Assembly (NCBI GenBank): GCA_043750125.1
Contig: JAYVCD010000376.1
Coordinates: forward strand, 1 to 37,263
From: Archangiaceae bacterium
Lineage (GTDB): Bacteria; Myxococcota; Myxococcia; Myxococcales; Myxococcaceae
Length of the DNA stretch: 37,263 bases
Direction of reading: 5' to 3'
The notes under the pieces were generated by a model. The model worked only from the letters and a program-made list of their open reading frames with translations, made no database searches and was not told the DNA's origin. Position 1 is the stretch's first letter; each line of letters starts with the position of its first letter. Shown piece after piece: positions 1-7,430 of this stretch. The translations under genes and the position numbers were made by a program.

Positions 1-255
1 GATCTGCTCGCGGGCACGATGCTGGTGCGAGAAGAGCAGATCGATCTGGCGCGGTACGCTTCGACCGGCTCGTCGCGGTTGTCGGTGCAAGAGCTCGAAG
101 TGCTGACCGGGTTTCTGGCGCGCTTCGACGCCTTGCAGCCGCATGCGCAGCTGAAGCTCGGGGCCCAGTTGGTGGCGCGGCACGGGGGCCAGGTTCCCGA
201 AGGGGACTCCGCTGCGATTCGCGCCTTTCTTCTACGCCTGGTCGAAGGACGCTGA
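1..255 (+). CDS. RDD family membrane protein, C-terminal part (5' end outside window)
   Basis: Frame 1 is open from base 1 and reads DLLAGTMLVRE, the typical RDD C-terminal motif (GDxxAGTxVV). It lies 3 nt before a SpoIIM/DUF95 gene, a common pairing. Confidence 0.75.
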   Translation, partial: DLLAGTMLVREEQIDLARYASTGSSRLSVQELEVLTGFLARFDALQPHAQLKLGAQLVARHGGQVPEGDSAAIRAFLLRLVEGR

Positions 256-258
256 CCC

Positions 259-1251
259 GTGCCGCTGGCACTGGGAGAGTTCGTCGCGCGCAGGCAGCCG
301 CAGTGGACGGCGCTGGGCGCGTTGCTCCACCGGCTTGCGCCCGGCGCGTTGAAGCTCGACGAAATCGAACAGCTCGGCCGGCTCTACCGTCAGGCGTCGG
401 CCGACCTGGCCCAGGCGCAGGCCTTCTATTCCGGCACCGACGTTCACCGGTTCTTGAACCAGCTCTGCGCGCAGGCCTACACAGAGATCTACCGAACGCG
501 GGTCGACCGCCCTGCCGCGCTGCGGGCCTTCTTCGCCCATCAGTTTCCCCAGGTGGTGCGCGAAGAGCTTCGCTATGTCGCGTGGGCCGCGGCGCTGATG
601 GCGGTGGGAATGATCCTCGGCGCGATGACCGTGGCGATCGCTCCTCAAGGGGTGGCGCTCTTCGTCCCCGAGCACCTGCAGAGCCTGGTGGGCCAGGGCC
701 GCCTGTGGACCGATGAGCTCGGGGGCAGCTCGTCGGCGATTTCGGTCGAGATTCTCACCCACAATCTGCGGGTGACCTTCACCGCGTTCGCGCTGGGAAT
801 CACCTGGGGCCTGGGCACCGTTGTCACCCTGGTCTTCAACGGACTGCAGGTGGGCGCGCTGGTGGCGTTCACGTTTCAGCACGGCGTCGGCTGGCGGCTG
901 TTGGAATTCATGGCCGCGCACGGCCCCGTCGAGCTGTCGGTCATCTCTTTGACCGGGGGCTCAGGCCTGATGATGGGTCACGCGCTGATCGAACCGGGCG
1001 AACGACCGCGCAGCGAAGCGATGCGTGAGCGCGCCGGGAAAGCAGTGCGCATCGTCCTGGGCTGCGCGCCGTTTCTGGCGCTGATCGGTTGCGTCGAAGG
1101 CTTCATCAGCCCGGGCACCCTGTTCCCGCCCGTCGCCAAAGTCGTGCTCGGGGTCGGCCTCGGGCTGGGTTTCTGGGGCTACCTGCTCTTCAGTCAGCGC
1201 CGGATCAACAAGACGATGCCCGCGGCCAGGGCCAGCCCACCCATCACGTAG
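259..1251 (+). CDS. Stage II sporulation protein M (SpoIIM/DUF95) family membrane protein
   Basis: GTG start. Motifs LYRQASADLA, ILTHNLRV, LVFNG, HGPVEL and IGCVEGFISP, with several hydrophobic helices, are characteristic of DUF95. Confidence 0.88.
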   Translation: MPLALGEFVARRQPQWTALGALLHRLAPGALKLDEIEQLGRLYRQASADLAQAQAFYSGTDVHRFLNQLCAQAYTEIYRTRVDRPAALRAFFAHQFPQVVREELRYVAWAAALMAVGMILGAMTVAIAPQGVALFVPEHLQSLVGQGRLWTDELGGSSSAISVEILTHNLRVTFTAFALGITWGLGTVVTLVFNGLQVGALVAFTFQHGVGWRLLEFMAAHGPVELSVISLTGGSGLMMGHALIEPGERPRSEAMRERAGKAVRIVLGCAPFLALIGCVEGFISPGTLFPPVAKVVLGVGLGLGFWGYLLFSQRRINKTMPAARASPPIT

Positions 1252-1349
1252 TTCTCGCCGTTGAAGCTCAACCGGAGGAAGGCGTTGGCGCCAGTGGCAA
1301 TCAAGTAAATACTCAGCAGCAAGAATCCCAGCTTTCGGTCGACGGCCAT
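1194..1349 (-). CDS. Small 51-aa two-helix membrane protein
   Basis: ATG at 1349 is preceded by GGAGG. Product MAVDRKLGFLLLSIYLIATGANAFLRLSFNGENYVMGGLALAAGIVLLIRR has two clean hydrophobic segments. It forms the tail of the 1194..1946 shadow ORF and overlaps the spoIIM-like 3' end convergently. Confidence 0.7.
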   Translation of the reverse strand: MAVDRKLGFLLLSIYLIATGANAFLRLSFNGENYVMGGLALAAGIVLLIRR

Positions 1350-1451
1350 GGTGTTCGCCTCCGTTCGATGTGCACTGCGAGGCGGACCGTACCCCGGTGG
1401 GGTGCAACCCCCCCGATGGATCGCCGGAGCCCCCACCGGCAACCCATAGGG

Positions 1452-2252
1452 GTGACCGACCCTTCGCCATTGATTCAGGCCAGCCAGTTCGCGCTTCAGA
1501 GCGGAATGCCCGACCTCGAGCGGCTCTACGAGCTGGGCAAGAAGCGGCAGTGGAACGCCGCCGAGCTGCCCTGGACGCGACTGAACTTCAGCACCGTTCC
1601 CTGCGAGCTTCGTTCGGGGCTCGCCGAGCTGTTGTCGCAGATTCACTACGGAGAGCTCGGGGCGCTGACCGCGGCAGCCCGCCTGGTGCAGAGCTCTCCG
1701 AACCTCGTCGACCGCCTCTGCGGAGCGACCCAGGTCGCCGACGAGGCCCGCCACGTCGAATGGTTTTCCCGGCTGCTGTTCCAGCTCGACACGCCCGCCC
1801 CGGTGAACCCGGCGGTCGCGGCCTTCATCGATGACGTGGTCCACACCGACGACGAATTGGCCCTGCTGGTCGGAATGAACATCGTCGTCGAAGGGCTCGC
1901 CCAGACGCTGATCCTCGAGGCAGGTCACGTGCTGCGATCGATTCAAATTCCCGAGCTGAGCTCATTGGCCCTGGTGGGAACCTGGCTGGTCGAGCGCATC
2001 GCCCATGATGAAAGCCGGCACCTGGCGTTCGGAGTCACGCGCGTGCGGCAGGTGGTCGAGGGGCTCGACCCGCAGCAGATCCAGACACTGCAGTCGCAGG
2101 TCAGCCGGTGGGCGCGACGACTGCTCGAGCTGACCCACGAACGCAGCGCAGCGGTCGCAGCGTTCGGTCTCGACGGCGACGCCTTGATGGCCCGGTGCGT
2201 GGCCGATACCCGATCGCGACTGGCCCATGCAGGCCTGCTTCTGGAGGTGTGA
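1452..2252 (+). CDS. Ferritin-like non-heme diiron enzyme (AurF/R2-like superfamily)
   Basis: Complete diiron ligand set E...ExxH...E...ExxH: YGELGA, QVADEARHVEWF, NIVVEGLA, HDESRHLAFG. N-terminal LYELGKKRQW motif. Start uncertain (GTG 1452 or ATG 1506); the ORF-track extension to 1089 is not credible. Confidence 0.85.
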   Translation: MTDPSPLIQASQFALQSGMPDLERLYELGKKRQWNAAELPWTRLNFSTVPCELRSGLAELLSQIHYGELGALTAAARLVQSSPNLVDRLCGATQVADEARHVEWFSRLLFQLDTPAPVNPAVAAFIDDVVHTDDELALLVGMNIVVEGLAQTLILEAGHVLRSIQIPELSSLALVGTWLVERIAHDESRHLAFGVTRVRQVVEGLDPQQIQTLQSQVSRWARRLLELTHERSAAVAAFGLDGDALMARCVADTRSRLAHAGLLLEV

Positions 2253-2253
2253 C

Positions 2254-3234
2254 GTGCTTCGACGACTCGAGCTCATCAAACGACACGGCGGCGATCCGAT
2301 CGCCGTCTCTACCTTGCAGCCGGGTTTGTCGTACTTCGACACGCCCCAGGGCTACGTCGCCTACCAGCGCGCGTTCGGAGTCGCGCTCTCTCTGGGCGGA
2401 CCCGTTTGCGCCCCGGGTGAGGAAATCGAAGTGGCGCGCGCTTTCCTCGCCGAGGTCCCCGACGCCGCGCTGTTTTATGTCGGCGAAGAGCTGGCGCATT
2501 CCATTCACGGCCTGACCTTTCGCACTTCATTGGGCAGCGATCGCGTCCTCGATCTCACCCGCGCCGACACCTTCGACAGTCCCGCAGCGAAGTCGGCGGC
2601 GCGGAAAGCCGACCGTGCGGGTTTCCACCTCGAAGCCCTTTGCCTCGACGGGGCGTGCGCCGAAGATCGCGCGTTCCTCGAGCGGGTCAGCGCCACCGCC
2701 CTTCAGCGCAGCGTGGTGCCCTTCGAGATGCGGTTCCTCAACCGCCCGATGAGCACCCACACCAGCGGGCCGTCTCACGTCTTCGCGCTGGTGCAAAAGG
2801 GCCGGCGCTTTGGCTACGCGGTGATCGACCCGTACTTCGAGCAGGGCGAGATCAAAGGGTACCTGCTCAACCTGCTTCGGTTCGAGCCCACCTCGCTGTG
2901 GGGCGTGTACCTGGCGACCGTTCAGGCCCTGGCCACCCGACTGGCCGCGGAAGGCATTCGCGAGCTGTCCCTGGGCTTTTGTCCGCTGGCCGAGCTCGAT
3001 CTGTCTCACAGCTCGGCGGTGATGCGGCCCCAGCTGCGGTGGCTTCAGAAGCGGTACGCGAAGATCGACTACCTCAGCCGCCTGTTTCAGATGAAGCGCG
3101 AGCTCGCGGGGCAATGGGCGACCCGTTGGCTGGTGACGCGGACGCCGCAGCTGGTGACTCCGATGCTCGCGTTTCTCGAGCTGACCGGAGTTCCGCTGTG
3201 GCAGTTGGCGCGAGAACGACTGCTCGCAGCCTAG
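2254..3234 (+). CDS. Stand-alone MprF C-terminal / DUF2156 domain protein (putative aminoacyl-tRNA-dependent transferase, VlmA-like)
   Basis: GTG 1 nt after the upstream stop, with a GGAGGT RBS. Motifs GYVAY...LGGPVC, LLNLLRF (cf. LDLMR), LSLGFCPLA (cf. FSLGMAPL) and LFQMKRE (cf. LRRFKEK). No N-terminal membrane flippase domain. Confidence 0.75.
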   Translation: MLRRLELIKRHGGDPIAVSTLQPGLSYFDTPQGYVAYQRAFGVALSLGGPVCAPGEEIEVARAFLAEVPDAALFYVGEELAHSIHGLTFRTSLGSDRVLDLTRADTFDSPAAKSAARKADRAGFHLEALCLDGACAEDRAFLERVSATALQRSVVPFEMRFLNRPMSTHTSGPSHVFALVQKGRRFGYAVIDPYFEQGEIKGYLLNLLRFEPTSLWGVYLATVQALATRLAAEGIRELSLGFCPLAELDLSHSSAVMRPQLRWLQKRYAKIDYLSRLFQMKRELAGQWATRWLVTRTPQLVTPMLAFLELTGVPLWQLARERLLAA

Positions 3235-3737
3235 ACGCCGCTGTGCAGCGCGCCCGGCCCGGTGCCGGACTCGAGCTGCTCGGCCTTCCGTCGCTCGCGA
3301 TGGAAGTGAATCTTCTCGTACGCCTCGTTGATCTGCCGCATGCGCTCAGGGCTGCCCCCCCGGTCGGGGTGGTGGGCGATCGCCATTTCCCGGTACGCGT
3401 CGCGCAGCCGCTCGGGAGAATCCATCGGAGAGACCCCCAGCGTTCGGTAGGGATCCTGATCCTCGACCGCCGCCAACCAGCGGTCGAGCCGGTCTTTCAC
3501 CTGGTCGAAGCTGGTCTTCACCGCCTGCTCTTGCGGGCGGGTTCGGACCTTGGCGTCGACGCGAAAGACTTCGGTGTACGCGCTCGAGACCCAGCGCTGA
3601 CACGAAGGGCAATTGAAGTACCGCACGGTGCGACCGCTGCCGAGGTGTGAAGTCATCTTCACCTTGCAGTGGGTGCACTCGACATCGGTGGAATCGAGGG
3701 TGGTGCTCGTCGCAGTGGCTGGGGCGCGCGTGGCCAA
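3231..3737 (-). CDS. J-domain protein with N-terminal zinc ribbon
   Basis: CTHC...CPSC zinc knuckles followed by DPYRTLGV...HHPDRGG...INEAY, a J-domain with intact HPD. TTG start at 3737 chosen because of GGAGG 8 nt upstream. Confidence 0.85.
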   Translation of the reverse strand: MATRAPATATSTTLDSTDVECTHCKVKMTSHLGSGRTVRYFNCPSCQRWVSSAYTEVFRVDAKVRTRPQEQAVKTSFDQVKDRLDRWLAAVEDQDPYRTLGVSPMDSPERLRDAYREMAIAHHPDRGGSPERMRQINEAYEKIHFHRERRKAEQLESGTGPGALHSGV

Positions 3738-3768
3738 GGTTCGTGCCTCCGACAATGGTGGGGAAGTG

Positions 3769-3803
3769 CTACAGCTCTGTAAAGTCTTGTACCCCTGCTG
3801 TAG
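3769..3803. promoter_or_regulatory. Candidate operator in the divergent promoter region
   Basis: Palindrome TACAG-CT-CTGTA (3770-3781), plus CTACAGC (3769-3775) / GCTGTAG (3797-3803) inverted repeat, in a relatively AT-rich divergent intergenic region. Confidence 0.35.
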
Positions 3804-3850
3804 ATCGACGCAAAAAATTGGCCGATTTCCCCTTTCGAGGATCATGCACC

Positions 3851-4393
3851 ATGCGCTGGAGCGTACTGGTCGGGCTTGTCGTCGTCGGTGTGGCTTTTGC
3901 CGCCCCTGGTAAACAAAAAGGCATCTCGCTTCGAGGGGAAGATTCCGACCCGGTTCAGCCGACGGTCTCTTCCAGTGAAGCCGACCAGGCGTTGCTTCGG
4001 GGGTTGCTGTGGGCCCTCGAGCCCGCGCCGACCGAGATCCGCGTGATCGCCGTCGAAGACCTGGGGTTGCTGGGAGATCCCCGCGCGCTCAACCCACTGG
4101 CCGAGCTGCTCATCGACCCCAACCCCGCGGTGCAGAGCGCCGCGCTCAAATCGATCGCCGCGCTGCGCTGCCCGCGCTCGGAAGAGATCCTGACCAACAT
4201 CGCCCGCCACCCCACCCTGCCCGAGCGCCTCAAGCTCAGTGCCGTGGACGCGGTCGTCTTTCAGAACACGAAGTCCGCGATCGTCTTCTTGAAGCAGGTC
4301 GCCCGCGGCAACTTCTTCAACTCGACCCTTCAGAACGCGGCGCGGCGCGCACTGGCCGAGGTGCCTCCCGAGCGGGTCGAGGCCTCGCGATGA
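3851..4393 (+). CDS. Secreted HEAT-repeat protein
   Basis: Signal peptide MRWSVLVGLVVVGVAFA. HEAT-like repeats IRVIAVEDLGLLGDPRALNPLAELLIDPNPAVQSAALKSIA. ATGA coupling to proC. Confidence 0.8.
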   Translation: MRWSVLVGLVVVGVAFAAPGKQKGISLRGEDSDPVQPTVSSSEADQALLRGLLWALEPAPTEIRVIAVEDLGLLGDPRALNPLAELLIDPNPAVQSAALKSIAALRCPRSEEILTNIARHPTLPERLKLSAVDAVVFQNTKSAIVFLKQVARGNFFNSTLQNAARRALAEVPPERVEASR

Positions 4394-5217
4394 TCGATCG
4401 GAAGGTCGCCTTCCTGGGTGCGGGCAACATGGGCGGGGCGCTGATTCAGGGGCTGATCCGTTCGGGAACTCCCGCGACGAAGATCTGGGCGACGGTGCGT
4501 CGGGATGAGCGCGCGGCCCAGCTGACCGCCGCTCACCCGGGGCTGCACGTGGGTCAGGACAACCTGGCCGCGGCGAAGGAAGCCGAGGTGGTCGTCCTCG
4601 CCGTCAAGCCCCAGGGCATGGACAAGATGGTGAAGCAGATCGCTTCGGCGATCGACGCGAGCAAGTTGGTCATTTCGATCGCGGCCGGCGTTCCGATCGC
4701 CGCGATCGAAAAACGCCTCGGGGCCAGCTGCCGCATCATCCGCGCGATGCCCAATACCCCCGCCGTCGTCGGGCTGGGAGCGACCGCGCTTTCCGGCGGC
4801 GAGCACGCGACCGAGGCCGACCTGCTGCTGGCCTCTCAGATCTTTCAGGCGGTCGGAATCACCACCGTCCTTGAGGAAAATCTGCTCGACGCCGTCACCG
4901 GGCTTTCTGGAAGTGGGCCGGCGTACGTCTTTCTGGTGATCGAAGCGCTGTCGGACGCCGGGGTCAAAGTCGGGCTCTCGCGCCACGTCGCGCTGAAGCT
5001 CGCCGCCCAGACCGTCTTTGGCAGCGCGAAGATGCTGCTCGAGACGGGCGCCCACCCCGGAACGCTGAAAGACCAGGTCACCTCGCCCGGAGGCACCGCG
5101 ATCGCGGGGCTGCACACGCTCGAGGCGGGCGGGTTGCGCACCACGCTGATGGACGCCGTCGAGGCCGCCACCCGCCGCGCCAAAGAGCTCGGTCTGCAAT
5201 TTCTCGAAAAGCCGTAA
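4390..5217 (+). CDS. proC: Pyrroline-5-carboxylate reductase
   Basis: Motifs FLGAGNMG, LAVKPQ, ISIAAG, RAMPNTP, TGLSGSGPAY and VTSPGGT. True start is ATG 4390, overlapping the upstream TGA. Confidence 0.97.
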   Translation: MIDRKVAFLGAGNMGGALIQGLIRSGTPATKIWATVRRDERAAQLTAAHPGLHVGQDNLAAAKEAEVVVLAVKPQGMDKMVKQIASAIDASKLVISIAAGVPIAAIEKRLGASCRIIRAMPNTPAVVGLGATALSGGEHATEADLLLASQIFQAVGITTVLEENLLDAVTGLSGSGPAYVFLVIEALSDAGVKVGLSRHVALKLAAQTVFGSAKMLLETGAHPGTLKDQVTSPGGTAIAGLHTLEAGGLRTTLMDAVEAATRRAKELGLQFLEKP

Positions 5218-5234
5218 CGAAGGAGAATGTCGCC

Positions 5235-5732
5235 ATGAAGATGACCCCGCTCGACATCCGGCAGAAGCGCTTTGAAGTCTCGATGCGCGGGTACGCCCGG
5301 CGCGAAGTCGAAGGCTTCCTCGAGCTGACGGCCGGCGAGTTCGAAGAAGTGGTGAAGGAAAACATCTCGCTCAAAGAAGAGCTCAAGCGCACCCTGGCCC
5401 GGCTCGAGCAGCACCTCGAGCGCGAGAAGACGCTGCAAGAGACGATGGTCACCGCTCAGCGCATCAGCGAAGACGTGAAGGCGCAGGCGCGAAAGGAAGG
5501 CGAGGTGGTCATCGCCGGCGCGGAACTGCAGGCCGAGAAGATTATCGCCAACGCCAATGGCCGGCTCACCGAGTTGGTGGGCGACATCAACGAGCTCAAG
5601 CGTCAGCGGGTGCAGTTCGAATCGCAGCTGGGTTCGGTGATCGACGCGCACCGCAAGCTGCTCGAGACTTTTCAATCGTCGGGCGGCAATGACGTGGCCT
5701 TTCTGCTGAAGAAACGTTCCGGCGAGTTGTGA
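5235..5732 (+). CDS. divIVA: DivIVA-domain coiled-coil protein (probable M. xanthus FruD orthologue)
   Basis: N-terminal [27 protein letters not shown] DivIVA motif followed by a coiled coil. AAGGAG RBS. Located between proC and DUF167. Confidence 0.9.
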   Translation: MKMTPLDIRQKRFEVSMRGYARREVEGFLELTAGEFEEVVKENISLKEELKRTLARLEQHLEREKTLQETMVTAQRISEDVKAQARKEGEVVIAGAELQAEKIIANANGRLTELVGDINELKRQRVQFESQLGSVIDAHRKLLETFQSSGGNDVAFLLKKRSGEL

Positions 5733-6019
5733 GCGCAGCGTGGTTGAAGTCGGTGCCCGGCGGCGTCGAGCTGCAGGTCATCGTTCAGCCGCGCAGCTCG
5801 CGCACCAAGGTCGTCGGCGAACATGACGGGCGGCTGAAGATCGCGCTGGCGGCGCCTCCAGTGGACGGGGAAGCCAATGCCGCGCTGATCGCATTCCTCG
5901 CCCACGCGCTGCGGGTGAAGAAAGCCCAGGTCATTCTTCTAGATGGCCAGACCGGACGAAGAAAGCGCCTGCAGGTGACTGGAGTGGATGCGGCGGCCGT
6001 TGAGATGGTTATCTGTTAG
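5729..6019 (+). CDS. yggU: DUF167 / YggU family protein
   Basis: Motifs [22 protein letters not shown] and GQTGRRK. GTGA overlap with divIVA. Confidence 0.92.
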   Translation: MSAAWLKSVPGGVELQVIVQPRSSRTKVVGEHDGRLKIALAAPPVDGEANAALIAFLAHALRVKKAQVILLDGQTGRRKRLQVTGVDAAAVEMVIC

Positions 6020-7013
6020 CGGCTTGCTCCTTCCCCTGATTGCCGTCGCTCTGCTCGCGCTGCCTCCGACGGGCGAGTTGAGCACTGCGCGCTTTCGCAT
6101 TGTCCACACCCAGGCGGCGACCGGAGCCGCGAAGGCGTTGAGCCAGCAGATCGAGCCCCTGCGCGATCAAATTCAGCAGGTGCTCGGGCGGGACTGGGAC
6201 GGAATCACCGAAGTGCGGTTGGGCATGGGCCGGCAGGAATACGAAGCGCTGGCGTTGCCGGGTGGAGCCCCCCCGAGCTGGGCAGTCGCGCTCGCGTACC
6301 CGGACGAAAACATCATTCTGATCGACGCCCATTCGCTGGTGAAGGGCGACGGCCAAAGCACGTTGCGGCACGAGCTGGTGCACGTCGCACTGGGGCGGCT
6401 GGGACGAAGCTGGCCCCGCTGGTTTCACGAAGGGTTGGCCCAGCAGGTCACCGGCGAGCAGCACTACTCGGTCACCCAATACTCGACCCTCGCGCGCGCG
6501 GTGAGCACCGATCGGATCTTCCGATTCGAAGATCTGGCCGAAGGGTTTCCCGACCTTCCCGCCGACGTGGAGATCGCCTACGCGCAGAGCGCGGTCTTCG
6601 TCGCCTGGCTTCACGATCGATACGGCCCGGCCGGCTTCGGAGCGTTGGTCGATGGGGTCCACGCCGGGGAGCCGTTCGAGACCGCCTTCGGCAAGGCGTT
6701 TCACACCTCGCTGTCTCAAGAAGAAAAGGCGTTCGCGGCCGAGCTTCCCGGGCGCTACCCGCTGTGGCCGGTGATCGCGACCGGGACGACGATGTGGGTC
6801 GCGCTCTCGGCGATGGTCGTCTGGGCGTACTTCCGCCGACGACGCCACGTGATTGCACTTCGGGCCGAGCAGGCGGCGCAGGAAGCGGCCGACGACGCAG
6901 CCGCGCGAATCCTCGCGGCGGAAGAAGCAGCCGTTCAGGCGCAGTTCGACGCATTGGAAGAACCGGCCCGGACGCTGACGCCTTCTCCCGACGAGAAGGT
7001 TACCCTGCACTGA
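5988..7013 (+). CDS. Peptidase MA-like zinc metallohydrolase, membrane-anchored
   Basis: HELVH zinc motif followed by PRWFHEGLA and AYAQS. N-terminal signal-like segment and C-terminal TM helix ending in RRRR. Start approximate. Confidence 0.85.
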   Translation: MRRPLRWLSVSGLLLPLIAVALLALPPTGELSTARFRIVHTQAATGAAKALSQQIEPLRDQIQQVLGRDWDGITEVRLGMGRQEYEALALPGGAPPSWAVALAYPDENIILIDAHSLVKGDGQSTLRHELVHVALGRLGRSWPRWFHEGLAQQVTGEQHYSVTQYSTLARAVSTDRIFRFEDLAEGFPDLPADVEIAYAQSAVFVAWLHDRYGPAGFGALVDGVHAGEPFETAFGKAFHTSLSQEEKAFAAELPGRYPLWPVIATGTTMWVALSAMVVWAYFRRRRHVIALRAEQAAQEAADDAAARILAAEEAAVQAQFDALEEPARTLTPSPDEKVTLH

Positions 7014-7063
7014 GGTTACCCGGCGAGCGAGGCGAGCTCGGCCAGGTGCAGCCCATGACTTCT

Positions 7064-7342
7064 CTACCCGGCGCGGGCGCGCCGTGTTCCAGCGACGGTG
7101 AATCCTTTGTCGCTGGGTTTGATTCGGAGCACCTTGAATTCCAGCGGGGCCCCGCTGCCCTCACCGCAGGTCACGAACATCTGAGCGCCCATCGCCGGCT
7201 CCATCGGCGCGTGAAAGGAAAGCCCGCCATCGGAAACGTCGAGGCCGCTGGCGCGAAACCCGATTCCGCTCTCGATGTCGACGACCTCGACCGGGCTGTC
7301 GAGTGAGGAACGGTTGGAGTGGCGCTGGTTCGGCTGGGTCAT
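7064..7342 (-). CDS. Stand-alone PilZ domain protein (c-di-GMP receptor candidate)
   Basis: RHSNR (RxxxR) and DVSDGG (DxSxxG) motifs. ATG 7342 with AGGAG RBS; 92 aa. Confidence 0.85.
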   Translation of the reverse strand: MTQPNQRHSNRSSLDSPVEVVDIESGIGFRASGLDVSDGGLSFHAPMEPAMGAQMFVTCGEGSGAPLEFKVLRIKPSDKGFTVAGTRRARAG

Positions 7343-7389
7343 GTTGGCTCCTGGGGCTTCGCTACAGGTGGGAACCAAAAGGGTAGATG

Positions 7390-7423
7390 CGGTGGGTCGT
7401 CGGTCAAGAAACGCGACCCACCG
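7390..7423 (-). terminator. Stem-loop after lipoprotein stop (terminator or stabiliser)
   Basis: Perfect 10-bp inverted repeat CGGTGGGTCG / CGACCCACCG with a 14-nt loop, 7 nt past the stop at 7431. No clear U-tract. Confidence 0.45.
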
Positions 7424-7430
7424 AAGCGTC

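Noticed and set aside
3769-3785. Resemblance of CTACAGCTCTGTAAAGT to the myxobacterial LexA box
   Set aside because: Several mismatches, including in the GTTC core as I recall the consensus. Kept only as an unassigned dyad.
6997-7021. AGGTTACCC direct repeat flanking the peptidase stop (target-site duplication?)
   Set aside because: Only 7 nt lie between the copies and there is no mobile element. Likely a chance or micro-duplication.
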